A stretch of 64,000 nt of DNA from an uncultured bacterium (GTDB lineage: Bacteria; CSSED10-310; CAZUFC01): positions 8,570 to 72,569 of the forward strand of contig CAZUFC010000027.1 of NCBI GenBank assembly GCA_964619725.1, in the 5' to 3' direction. The notes beneath the pieces were generated by a model. It was not told where the DNA came from. It searched no databases and saw nothing but the letters and a program-made list of their open reading frames with translations. Position 1 is the stretch's first letter, and each line of letters starts with the position of its first letter. This document shows, piece after piece, positions 48,183 to 58,111 of this stretch. The position numbers and the translations under genes were made by a program.

Positions 48183-50159
48183 GTGATGGCGAAAAAAAGT
48201 CTTATAATGCTGATCATCAGTATGACGATTATTGTCGGTTTTATCTGTAATTCTGCGCAAGCGGTTAATGATGAAGAAATTAAACGAATAATAGACAATG
48301 CCCCGGGAAAAGAGGAATTTCCGGAAGCATCGCTGATTTATCTTAAGACGGATAATAACATAACGATTAGTCCTGAAGGAGAAGCGACTAAAGAAGTTTT
48401 CATGCTCATAAAGATACTTCAGGACAGGGCGCGAGACTGGGAGAGCGACAGAAAAATATCCTTTGACGGTAAAAAAGAAAAAGTGACGCTGCTTTCGACC
48501 AGAACACATCTTCCCGACGGAACCATACTGGAACCCGATGAAGACGGCATAACGGAAATGAGTGAAATGGAAGCGGCTAACGCTCCGTTTTATTCAAACG
48601 CTCGATTGAAGATAGTTTCATATCCCGGAGTCACTCCGGGCGCAACGCTGGAATTGCATTACAGAATAGATGCCGTCGAGTCGGAAGAAGATGCAGAGAA
48701 GCAAGATGAAGAAATAAAATATTTTCAGGGGCAATACCTGTTTCAGAAGGATGAACCGGTTATGAACGTCTCCTTTACGGTCAATCTGCCTGAAGAACAG
48801 CCGTTCTATTACAGGATGCTGAACAGCGATAAAAAGCCCGCAATCGAAAAAGATAACGGCATGACGAGTTATTCCTGGAGTTTCTCAAACCTGGAACAGA
48901 TACTTCGGGACAATGATACGGTTCCTGACAGCATGATTTCGCCGCGCCTGTTGTATTCATCAGTCGACGACTGGGATATTGCTGCAGAGTGGCTGAAAAA
49001 CAAATTCCTGACAAAAATTAAAGTTACCGATGAGGTGAAGGAGCTGGCTGAAGAAATTGCAGGCGATAAAGAAACGCTTGAGGAAAAAATAAAGGCGGTG
49101 ACGTTTTATATCATCAGGGATGTGCGCAATATAAATTTGAAGTTGGGAAAGGTCGGATACGAACCGACGGAACCCGACAGGATAATAGCGAACAAATACG
49201 GCGACATAAGGGATAAAACTCTTTTGTACCTGTGTCTGCTGAAAGCTGTCGGCGTGCCTGCGGAACCGGTTTTTACAACGACCGAAGATGATCCCTTCAT
49301 TGATATTCCGGTCATCGATCAGTTCGATACCATAATGATATGCGTTAAACCTCATGCTGATGCAGCCTGGAGATGGATTTATCCGGGAAGTGAAAACAAC
49401 CGGTATGGTACTTTTCCTAATCGAATGAGCCGAAGGAGAGCACTGATGATTTCCGATCAGGGATATTCGTTGACCCATACGCCTTTTCTCGATGCCGAAT
49501 TTAACCATTCCAAGATAAAGCTGGATTTAACGCTTGATGAAACAGGAAAAGCAGAGGGAAAATTGACCGCAGAATTCAGGGGAATGGCTGATTCATACTG
49601 CCGCATGTTTCTTAGAAGAAATAAGGATTCTCAGATGAAAAACATGTTCGTCAGGTGGGCTAATCATATCAAGAAAGGCAGCAGGCTGATCGAATATGAA
49701 TTTTCAGACTTTAACGATCTGAACTCTGATGCGAAACTCATGATGGCATTCTCCAACGATAATATGGCTTTCGTCCAGGACGACGTCATTATGATGGATA
49801 TCATGTCGATACCCTTCTGGTTCATCTACGCCGGTACATGGATGCCGTCGAAAGAATCCATTGATCTGCCGGTCATCAGTTCGCATGAGACCAGCTATGT
49901 TTTTACCGTCAATGTTTCCTGGACCGGTCCTATGTCTGTGGGTTATGCTCCGCAGGATTTTATAATTACGACGAAACCTTTCAGGGCTGAAATAGATTCA
50001 GTAATCGAAGATGACAAGTTAATAATCAACAGGAGTTTTTCTTATCACAGGGCGATTATTCAACCCGATGAATTTACAGAATTGTTCGAAAAAGCGAATG
50101 AACTGAATGAAGAAAAGAACTCCTTGATCATTTGGGAAAAGGATTCCGGGGAAATCTGA
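48183..50159 (+). CDS. Exported DUF3857/transglutaminase-like paralog, catalytic triad lost
   Basis: Same architecture as the upstream gene, but with GDIRDKT and FDTIM at the triad positions. Confidence 0.78.
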   Translation: MMAKKSLIMLIISMTIIVGFICNSAQAVNDEEIKRIIDNAPGKEEFPEASLIYLKTDNNITISPEGEATKEVFMLIKILQDRARDWESDRKISFDGKKEKVTLLSTRTHLPDGTILEPDEDGITEMSEMEAANAPFYSNARLKIVSYPGVTPGATLELHYRIDAVESEEDAEKQDEEIKYFQGQYLFQKDEPVMNVSFTVNLPEEQPFYYRMLNSDKKPAIEKDNGMTSYSWSFSNLEQILRDNDTVPDSMISPRLLYSSVDDWDIAAEWLKNKFLTKIKVTDEVKELAEEIAGDKETLEEKIKAVTFYIIRDVRNINLKLGKVGYEPTEPDRIIANKYGDIRDKTLLYLCLLKAVGVPAEPVFTTTEDDPFIDIPVIDQFDTIMICVKPHADAAWRWIYPGSENNRYGTFPNRMSRRRALMISDQGYSLTHTPFLDAEFNHSKIKLDLTLDETGKAEGKLTAEFRGMADSYCRMFLRRNKDSQMKNMFVRWANHIKKGSRLIEYEFSDFNDLNSDAKLMMAFSNDNMAFVQDDVIMMDIMSIPFWFIYAGTWMPSKESIDLPVISSHETSYVFTVNVSWTGPMSVGYAPQDFIITTKPFRAEIDSVIEDDKLIINRSFSYHRAIIQPDEFTELFEKANELNEEKNSLIIWEKDSGEI

Positions 50160-50209
50160 AAAGGGGGCGATTTCCAGATCGACGGAGGGTTCCTGGCTTC
50201 AAGCCGGCG

Positions 50210-51703
50210 CTATTTCTTTTTCTTGACCGTGCTGTATCCGTCGACTAAACCTTGCGAATGGCGGTCTTCTCTCCAAAGACCCAGGGCATCATGGCTCCAA
50301 CTGAAAGTCGGCAGTTTCTCTTCCATAAGCTTCAGCAGGATATCGATGAACTTTTTGCCGACATTGTCACCATAAAGTTTTGGAGCGTTTTTCATACGTT
50401 CCTGGAGGTTTTTATTCGCATTGATGTAATCGATCATGCTGACCATGAAGTCGCTGTCAATCGGCGGAACGATCAAGTTTCCCTGAGCGATTTGAACCGT
50501 CTCGGGCCGGTCGGTATTCAGTCTGCAGGTCAAACATATCTGACCCAGCAGGTTCATCTCTTCCTGCACGCCGCCGCTGTCGGTAAAAGCGGCAAAGCAA
50601 TGATCAGAATTGAAAAATTCGATAACATGAGCAAACTCAGGCCACACTTCGGTATAAAGAAAATTATCGTATTTTTCGTTGAGTTGCAGCAGCTCTTTTT
50701 TCAGCCCGAATTGTTCCAGGGCCCATTTGGTGGCGTTCATTTCAATAAAATTAACTTTATACCCCTTTTTGACCAGTTTGACCATGGCTCCGACTATGGC
50801 CTGGAACCTTTTCCGGGTCAGATTGCCCCGGCGGTGGATATCGACTCGAATCCATTTGCCCTCTTTAAGTTGAGGATAAATTGAAAAGATGCTCGTTTTG
50901 GGAGGATTCTGCAATTTCAATTTGACGGCATCAACCACGACGCCGCCTGTCACGAAAACATTGCTTTCCGGATATCCCTCCCTCAACAAATGGTCCTTGT
51001 TCAATTGCACGGGAGCAAACATGTATTCGCATCCGGCCGAAGAAACGAAAGTGTCCCACTGCTCTGGAAAGGGTTCATTGCGCAAAAGATGCCAGGTGCC
51101 GGTGAACTGTGAATTAATAAATTCCTCCGGCGTTATGCCTTTTCCTACGTTTCGTATGCTGTCGGGGCACATGGACCGCAAACCCGCTTCATTGTGAACG
51201 GCTTTCTCCTGACGGGAAAACATCCAGGCGGCCGGAATGATGCTCGTTAAAATAGTATCGCCCAGTACCACCGGTATTACGGAAACATCAGGCCATCGTT
51301 TTTTCAGCATGGTGCCGAGCCAGTTCATTTTGCACAGCAGCTCCACCGATTTTTGAAGCAGGTTTCCTCGTATGGCGAGGTTTACTCCTATTTTGTCGTT
51401 GAATTTAAATTCGTAACGTCCGTAAGTCAGAATTTCGTCATAATGCTGGTTGGAATCGATGACGAAATAGGGAATATCCGTCTTGGATGCTTCCAGGACG
51501 CTGCCGTAAAATTTGTAAAAACACGGCTTCGTTCCAATGACGAAAGCCAGGACCCAGCGTCCCGATTTGCGCGCCGCTTCCATGCTTCTCTCAATCAGTT
51601 CGTCGTTGACCATCATCGGCAACATATCCGGCACAACGTCGTCGACTTTCCTCAACTCAGTTACCGGAAACATTGATTCAAAACTGGTATGAATATCCAT
51701 CAA
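50210..51703 (-). CDS. wecB: UDP-N-acetylglucosamine 2-epimerase family protein
   Basis: GTKP, QHYD, LGDT, HNEAGLRS, DSGGVQEE and TDRPE motifs. Confidence 0.75.
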   Translation of the reverse strand: MMDIHTSFESMFPVTELRKVDDVVPDMLPMMVNDELIERSMEAARKSGRWVLAFVIGTKPCFYKFYGSVLEASKTDIPYFVIDSNQHYDEILTYGRYEFKFNDKIGVNLAIRGNLLQKSVELLCKMNWLGTMLKKRWPDVSVIPVVLGDTILTSIIPAAWMFSRQEKAVHNEAGLRSMCPDSIRNVGKGITPEEFINSQFTGTWHLLRNEPFPEQWDTFVSSAGCEYMFAPVQLNKDHLLREGYPESNVFVTGGVVVDAVKLKLQNPPKTSIFSIYPQLKEGKWIRVDIHRRGNLTRKRFQAIVGAMVKLVKKGYKVNFIEMNATKWALEQFGLKKELLQLNEKYDNFLYTEVWPEFAHVIEFFNSDHCFAAFTDSGGVQEEMNLLGQICLTCRLNTDRPETVQIAQGNLIVPPIDSDFMVSMIDYINANKNLQERMKNAPKLYGDNVGKKFIDILLKLMEEKLPTFSWSHDALGLWREDRHSQGLVDGYSTVKKKK

Positions 51704-51888
51704 ACAACTCCCTTGTTTTCTGTGCCTTAATATTTTTCAAATATTCTCATGATTGAAAACGATCTGTTTTAAAAGCGAGACCGTTCCTTCGATATCATAA
51801 TCGATTATACTCGCCTGACCAAATTTATTTTCGTGAAATAAAGATAAAAAGTGTCCGAAAAGCGGACGGATCAGTTCATTCCGGCCGA

Positions 51889-52644
51889 CTAAGCATTCTT
51901 TTCCATATTTTTTAAGTCCTTACGCAAAGTGCGCATTTCCATCAGCAAATCCCAGACGACTCCGGGTTTAGGAAAATTGAAAAGGTTGAGAGGATTTCTG
52001 GATTCAAATACAGGTTCGCCGGCCTGCCTGGGTAAATGCTTGACTCCTATTTCCATCACGGGAAAACCTGCTTTTCGCGCTTTAACCAGTAATTCGGTAG
52101 TTCCCAATCCTGTCTCGCAAACCAAATTTATTTTATCCAGCACCTCTTTGTGGACGTAACGAAAAGCGCAATCGACGTCTCTTTCCTGGGGATGAAAGAG
52201 CGCCCCGACAATACGATTGTATACTTTCGATGTAAAAAGCCTTACTTTGGGGTCCTTTCTGTCGATTCGGTAACCTGCGATTACTTTAGGTTCGTCGATG
52301 TAAGGAACGAACTGCATAAAATCGGTCAGGTCGAATTGATTGTCGCCGTCAGCATAGAAAATATGCTTGTATCGGGCATTTTCAAACCCGACGCGAATGG
52401 CGTTTCCCATGCCCTTGCGGTCCATAGGCTGAATAACCGCCCGGATGTTAGGATTCTCCTTGCCGCGCTGTTCGACAATTTCTCTGGTGCGGTCTGTCGA
52501 GCCCTCATATATGACCGGGAATATATCGAATTTTTCTGCAGCTTCCTGCGCTGTCTTCTGCGCTGAATCCAGCAGCGGATTTATGTTCTCCTCTTCGTTG
52601 TAAACCAGGAAAAACATGGATAGTTCTTCAAGTTTATCCGGCAT
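51889..52644 (-). CDS. GT2 glycosyltransferase, DPM1-like
   Basis: VYNEEENI, GSTDRT, ADGDNQFD and DVDCAFR motifs. Confidence 0.82.
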   Translation of the reverse strand: MPDKLEELSMFFLVYNEEENINPLLDSAQKTAQEAAEKFDIFPVIYEGSTDRTREIVEQRGKENPNIRAVIQPMDRKGMGNAIRVGFENARYKHIFYADGDNQFDLTDFMQFVPYIDEPKVIAGYRIDRKDPKVRLFTSKVYNRIVGALFHPQERDVDCAFRYVHKEVLDKINLVCETGLGTTELLVKARKAGFPVMEIGVKHLPRQAGEPVFESRNPLNLFNFPKPGVVWDLLMEMRTLRKDLKNMEKNA

Positions 52645-52713
52645 CGTTATCGCCCTCCTCCTTCCTGAATATTAGCATAAGCATTATTGTTTCCGGGTTC
52701 ATTTCCGGGTAAA

Positions 52714-53811
52714 TTATGCGGTTTTTTCGAATAATTTCGTTACTTCATCAGATTCCGGCGGTTTTATGGTTTCCCAAACCCCGTTTCTTTTGATCCTGAT
52801 GCCTGAGCTTCGGGGCATGACTCTGCCGATAATGGCGGCGTGAATCCCATTGTTCGACAGACGTTTTTGCATGTTGACCGCTTCATGCATGGGCACTGCA
52901 ATCAGCAGGGCTCCCGAAGCGATAAGTTTCAGGGGATCGAGTCTGTAGAAATCGCAGAATTTGTCTGTCGAATCGAAGATATGGATTTTATCGGCAAAAA
53001 AGTCGCCGCCCATTTGAATTCCGTCAAGCAATTCGTAAATGCCTCCTAAGAGTCCTCCTTCCGTCACATCATGCATGGCATGAACCTGGCCGGTTTCAGC
53101 CGCCAGGATAGCTTCTTTGACCACGCTTATTCCAGGCTTTTCGAGCAACTGCAGACCCTCTTTCACCGTCTGTTCTCCGAACTCGCGTTTCAGTTCTTCG
53201 GATTTTTCGGCGGCGATAATGGTCGTTCCTTCTATAGCGACCCCTTTTGTCAACAATATCAGATCGCCGGCCTCCGTCTGTTTTTTGTCTATGAGTTTTC
53301 CTTCTTCCACTTCTCCGAAAACAGCGCCGATCAATATGGGTCGGTCGAGTCCTTCCGTAATTTCGGTGTGTCCGCCCACAACGGTTATATTTATTGACTT
53401 GCAGGTCTGATACAGTTCATCAAAAATTTCTTCAATCCGCTGTTTTTCAATTCCGGGCGGCAGCAGCATCGTTACCGCCATCCAGCGGGGTACCGCGCCC
53501 ATGGATGCTATGTCATTGGCGTTGACGTGAATGAGATACCAGGCCGGACGATTCGAGGTGAAAGTTATCGGATCAGTTTTGACCACAAGCAATTTCGATC
53601 CGGTCCTGATTACGCCGCAGTCCTCGCCGGGACGCGGACCTATTATAACGCTGTCGTCAGTGATTTCCTGTCTGGCCAGTAACTCCTGTAAAAAATGATA
53701 AGGAAGTTTGCCGATTGTATAATTCTCTTTCAAATGAATCGGCCCCTTTCCGATACGCTCCTCAAAAGCCCGCTGATTAAGTAAAGTAACATAAAACATT
53801 TCCGCCTGCAA
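52714..53811 (-). CDS. AIR synthase-like (HypE/PurM superfamily) protein
   Basis: GEDCG, KTDPITF, NANDIASMGA, GGHTE and MHDVTEGG motifs. The start is probably a little downstream of the ORF start. Confidence 0.8.
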   Translation of the reverse strand: MQAEMFYVTLLNQRAFEERIGKGPIHLKENYTIGKLPYHFLQELLARQEITDDSVIIGPRPGEDCGVIRTGSKLLVVKTDPITFTSNRPAWYLIHVNANDIASMGAVPRWMAVTMLLPPGIEKQRIEEIFDELYQTCKSINITVVGGHTEITEGLDRPILIGAVFGEVEEGKLIDKKQTEAGDLILLTKGVAIEGTTIIAAEKSEELKREFGEQTVKEGLQLLEKPGISVVKEAILAAETGQVHAMHDVTEGGLLGGIYELLDGIQMGGDFFADKIHIFDSTDKFCDFYRLDPLKLIASGALLIAVPMHEAVNMQKRLSNNGIHAAIIGRVMPRSSGIRIKRNGVWETIKPPESDEVTKLFEKTA

Positions 53812-53828
53812 CTCTTATCAAAGCCTCA

Positions 53829-54017
53829 GCCCGGATTTCTCATCCAAAACCTGTTCTGAAAGTCCATATCCCCGCGCCTTCAAGCGCTGCTCCCTGCGGA
53901 CTTGCTCAGCATAGCGCCGCTATGCTTACGCAGGACTCTGGTCCGCCCGCCTTGCGGGATCGAATCTGCGGGAAGCTGGATGATCTCATTGCGATTTTGT
54001 ATGAAAACTAGGGATTA
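53829..54017 (+). mobile_element. Diverged copy of the 180-bp MITE
   Basis: Colinear with 58223-58402, with decayed TIRs. Confidence 0.8.
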
Positions 54018-54074
54018 ATCCTTGCTTAACAGGCGAAATCAACCGCAAATAGAAACTTAAATGCAAATTCATGA

Positions 54075-54205
54075 AATTCAGGCAGTGAACTAAATTCGGC
54101 TTTTCGATGTTACAGTTCGGGCAGTAAGCAATCTGCGCAAGGACGGGGAATATCATAAATTCAATAGACGCTTGTGGTTCCGTAAGAGGAAAAACAACCC
54201 CCGAT
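54075..54205. repeat. ~125-bp repeat, inverted copy at about 59062-59183
   Basis: The core tcttacggaaccacaagcg(t/c)ctattgaatttatgatat is shared. Confidence 0.8.
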
Positions 54206-54276
54206 ACGCTGATGTCCATGCTTCGTCGCGAGCGACTCGCATCGAAATAAGCGTATCTTACCCCTTTATTAATCTC

Positions 54277-54357
54277 AGCAAAGCCCAGGATTTAAGCTAA
54301 CGGAGTGAGCGCTGCCCTGGGTAAGAACAAGAAATATTAAAATCCTGAAAGGGATTA
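54277..54357. repeat. REP-like palindromic unit
   Basis: aaagcccagg...ccctggg...cctgaaagg resembles 58921-59018. Confidence 0.45.
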
Positions 54358-54614
54358 ACAGGAAAAGTTCGGTTGTCCTTATCAGGAGTTTTGAAATTGT
54401 TTCCCCGTTTTAATCAGTCACGAAAATCAGATGAAGCATCTGGCGCTTCGGGGGAGAATAGAGGTTATGTTTTCCGGCGTTCTGCAGCTTTATCGTCGGA
54501 GGAGAATCCGGCATCTTACTTCATAGAGAAATGAGTCCGGGTCCGGGCGCGTCGCGGATTCTTTGTTGATGTCGTCTGTTTGAAATCATATGATCTATGA
54601 GGGAAGCGGATAAG

Positions 54615-55679
54615 ATGAAAAACAAAATCCTGAGAATACTGTTTCTTGCCGACACGCATTTGGGGATTGATATGCCTTTGCGGCCGCGGATCGAGAGGAG
54701 GCGACGCGGCGAAGATTTTTTTCATAATTACCGGCTTGCTCTGAAACCGGCATTTGAGAAGAAAATAGATATGGTCGTTCACGGAGGCGATGTATTCTTC
54801 CGCAGCAGGGTTGCTGCAAATATCGCACTTCAGGCTTTTGAGCCGCTCATTCAAATAGCTGATTCCGGAATACCGGTAATAATCGTTCCTGGAAATCACG
54901 AAAGGTCAAAATTGCCGTATCCGCTTTTAGTTTCCCATCCTCATATTTACGTTTTCAGGCGACCCCAGACGTTCCTTTTCCGGATAAACGGCCTGGTTGC
55001 CGCTTTGTCGGGTTTCCCTTATTATCCCAAAACGATAAAACGGGATTTCGCCGCGGTCCTGGAAAAAACGGGATGGCGTAACGTGAAGGCTGATATCCGG
55101 CTGCTTTGCATTCATCATATTATAGAAGGTGCTGTCGTCGGTCCTGCTGATTATGTTTTCAGAAGACAACCCGACGTCATTCAGGGCGTCGATCTGCCCT
55201 CCGGTTTCGCAGGCTTTCTGTCAGGACATATTCACCGGTTTCAGACTCTTGATCGCAGTTTGTCCGGCAAGCCGTTTCCCGCGCCCGTTTTTTATCCGGG
55301 TTCGATAGAGAGGACTTCTTTTGCTGAAAAATCTGAAAAAAAGGGGTATCTCATTATTGAAGCGGTCAGCGGAGATGTTCCCGGCGGAAGGGTTGACGAC
55401 TGGAGTTTCGTTGAACTGCCGGCAAGGCCTATGATTGAGTATAATATGAAGGTCAGGAACAGGGGGTTTGTTGAGATCAAAAAAGAATTGAGCGGCTTTT
55501 TCGCCGGCATCGATCCCGACAGTATTGTAAGAATAAGGGCGGAAGGCGTTCCGTCTCCTGACGGACGATTAGCGTTGAACGCCGGTTTTCTCAGAGAACT
55601 GGCGCCTTCTTGTATGAATATAGACCTGAAAATGCCGGTTGTGCGCCCCGTATCAGCGAACCGGAATAATGAAAGGTAA
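54615..55679 (+). CDS. SbcD/Mre11-like metallophosphoesterase nuclease
   Basis: ADTHLG, HGGDVF, PGNHE, SGHIH and YPGSIERTSFAE motifs. Confidence 0.85.
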   Translation: MKNKILRILFLADTHLGIDMPLRPRIERRRRGEDFFHNYRLALKPAFEKKIDMVVHGGDVFFRSRVAANIALQAFEPLIQIADSGIPVIIVPGNHERSKLPYPLLVSHPHIYVFRRPQTFLFRINGLVAALSGFPYYPKTIKRDFAAVLEKTGWRNVKADIRLLCIHHIIEGAVVGPADYVFRRQPDVIQGVDLPSGFAGFLSGHIHRFQTLDRSLSGKPFPAPVFYPGSIERTSFAEKSEKKGYLIIEAVSGDVPGGRVDDWSFVELPARPMIEYNMKVRNRGFVEIKKELSGFFAGIDPDSIVRIRAEGVPSPDGRLALNAGFLRELAPSCMNIDLKMPVVRPVSANRNNER

Positions 55680-55736
55680 ATAATTCGCTTATGAAACTCA
55701 AATTAACGGGAAAAAATCTCACCAGAGGTTGTAACA

Positions 55737-56459
55737 ATGGAGAAAATCAAACTCATTCAAGGCGATATGCTGGAAGAGCTGAAAAAATTTAGCGACCGGA
55801 CGTTCGATCTCATTTTCGCTGATCCGCCTTATAACCTGTCCGGCGACAAACATCAAACCTGTAAAAGCGGTAGAATGACCGCCTGCGACAAAGGCGAATG
55901 GGACAGAATCGAAAGCATTCACGAATTTAACTTTCAATGGGTGAAAGAATGCGTTCGCGTTCTCAAGGATGAGGGGAGCATCTGGATATCCGGCACCTTG
56001 CACAATCACCCGTCGATCGGGGTAATCCTGAAGCGATTGGACTTATGGGTGATCAACGACGTTATATGGTTCAAACCCAACGCTCCGCCGTTGCTTCAGA
56101 GAAACAGACTGGTTCCTTCCGTCGAACTCATCTGGTGGGCCGCAAAATCCAAAAAATATTATTTCGATTATCAGAAAGCAAGGAAAATGAACGATAATAA
56201 ACAGATGAGGAATTTATGGAAAATACCCGCCAGAAAACACATCACGCCTCATCCGACGGAAAAACCGGAACCGCTGCTGAAAAGAATCATAACCATCAGC
56301 AGTAAGCCCGGCGATCACGTCCTGGACCCTTTCATGGGATCGGGAACCACCGGCGCTGTCGCTCAAAAATTAAACCGGCATTTTACGGGTATCGAAATTG
56401 ATGAAGAATATTTTCAGATAGCACAGCGAAGGCTGAAAACAGAAAAGGGATTAATATGA
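55737..56459 (+). CDS. Beta-class amino DNA methyltransferase, DpnA/CcrM-like
   Basis: FADPPY, DKGEWD, IWISGT.HN, HPTEKP and LDPFMGSGTT motifs. Confidence 0.88.
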   Translation: MEKIKLIQGDMLEELKKFSDRTFDLIFADPPYNLSGDKHQTCKSGRMTACDKGEWDRIESIHEFNFQWVKECVRVLKDEGSIWISGTLHNHPSIGVILKRLDLWVINDVIWFKPNAPPLLQRNRLVPSVELIWWAAKSKKYYFDYQKARKMNDNKQMRNLWKIPARKHITPHPTEKPEPLLKRIITISSKPGDHVLDPFMGSGTTGAVAQKLNRHFTGIEIDEEYFQIAQRRLKTEKGLI

Positions 56460-57599
56460 TTCCCCGCAGCCGCCGGATTCGGAAGAAGAATCGGAGTCCT
56501 TCCTTTTGGCCGGATCATAATAGAAAAAATCAAGCTTCAGTTCAGCGAATTTCTCTGCATCGGTCGTTATGATTATTTCGCCGCTGAGGAAATAATCCTC
56601 ATCGCCGGGATTCAACTGAGCCGTAAAATCATAGCGACCCGGTTCCTGTGATTTTGTATAGTCGACTGTTAAACGGGGATCAGAGGGATTGACCGAGACG
56701 ATTTCGAATGTCTTTTCGCTGCGGCTTTTGACCGTAAATTTTTTTGTCGGTTGAAAGGCTGTCTGATATCCTTTGAATACCAGACTCATCGGATTGACGT
56801 ATATATCACCGATGACTCTTCCGTGAACCGGTATCATGATTTTTTTATAATTTTCCAGATTCGTTTCCACGTAAACCTTCTCGTTGAAACGTCCCACGGG
56901 TAAAGTATTATGAACGGTCACCCGTAATTTGATTTCTGAAGTCCCGTTGCTGTCTTCCTCGAACCATTCCGCGCTCACGTGTTCAGATGTCGATTCGACA
57001 GATAAAATTTTGACTTCAGCATCGATTCGTTTTTTCAGGGTCAGAATCTTTTCTTTTTTATGAAAATTACTGACAGTCCCAAAGTAAGCCCTGTCAGGCT
57101 CGAATTCAACCTCCAGAACGACATTCGCATCAACCTGTAAACGGATATCATCCTCATCAGGATCGTCGGTTTTCACCAAATATACTTTGGAATTTTTTCC
57201 GCCCATCTTTCCGGTTCGCAAAGTAGTCTTGATTTCGCCTTCCCCGCCCGGGGGAATTGTTTCGTCCGTCAGCAGGGACGCCGTGCTGCCTCACCCCGCT
57301 TTGAGATCGACTATGGTAAGATCAGCATTCCCTTTATTGGAAAAGCGGAAAACATGAGTCAAAACAGAATCGGGCCCGACGTCTCCAAAATTATGTCGGG
57401 GTTCCTGAAATTCAATGTCGGGGACCTGGACCGTTGTTTCCGCATTTTCATCGGCTGAAAGCGCCGGTAAGAAGGCGGCGCAGGAACAAATTAAAAGGAA
57501 CAGTGAACAGACAGGATGAAAAAAATTCCGAAATTTCACGATAAAACTCCTTCCGCCCGGTCCAAAATGACCGGACCTGTTCAAAATTTTTAACGTCAA
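56451..57599 (-). CDS. DUF1573-like exported protein with in-frame TGA at 57293-57291 (candidate selenoprotein, or pseudogene)
   Basis: The two listed ORFs are in one frame: HNFGDV...FSNKGNADLTIVDLKAG*GSTASLLTDETIPPGGEGEIK. Confidence 0.7.
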
Positions 57600-57726
57600 T
57601 CGGTTTGGAAGTCAAATTATGCTTTCGCATGGTGATGGATAATTGTTGAAAAGTATGGAAATCGTTTGTATCATTTCGGTTGATAAAACGTTTTGATCAT
57701 GTATTCCGTGAGGAAATTGAGATGAG

Positions 57727-58098
57727 GGGAATGGTCAAGCCGCGGTAACGCTTCTTTCAAAAGTTTTGATAGTTTGCTTCAGTAATCGGGGTCGATATCG
57801 GAATCGCAATCGAAACGGTTTATCGTGAAAAATCGAAAGAGTGGCCGCATCCAATCCGTCAAAGGATAGCCCGGCTGTTTGAAAATAATGGAATGGTAAT
57901 ACAACGAGACGAGGAAGCGTCCCGTGATAGCTAGTGCCTGTCCATAAACTCGATTGTCGATTCAAAATTTAATGCTGGACAGCCACTATTTAGATACCAA
58001 TACCGACCCTGAAAAAAACGGTCCCCGATGAAAAAAACGGGGGATTTCAATCATTAAAGCGTTTTGTGAAAAAGTGTACCCCCCGTTTGATCAGTCCC
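57727..58098. mobile_element. TIR-bounded MITE-like element (GGGAATGGTCAA ... TTGATCAGTCCC) containing a nested 57-bp element
   Basis: Left arm matches 2098-2185. Right end matches 42121-42148 and 61897-61924. Confidence 0.55.
57932..57988 (+). mobile_element. ~57-bp miniature TIR element (copy 2 of 3)
   Basis: tagtgcctgtcca...tggacagccacta, with TA at both ends. Confidence 0.82.
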
Positions 58099-58111
58099 GA
58101 AAAAAGTAACA

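Noticed and set aside
50252-50884. 210-aa antisense ORF and the many other short overlapping ORFs in the track
   Set aside because: They lie opposite or within well-supported genes and show no recognisable motifs.
52714-53811. selD, which would support the selenoprotein call
   Set aside because: Same superfamily, but it lacks the N-terminal Cys/Sec-x-x-Lys and DFF motifs of SelD.
56451-57221. Stand-alone 256-aa gene
   Set aside because: It begins mid-domain and is in frame with the upstream ORF across a single TGA, so it is treated as one gene.
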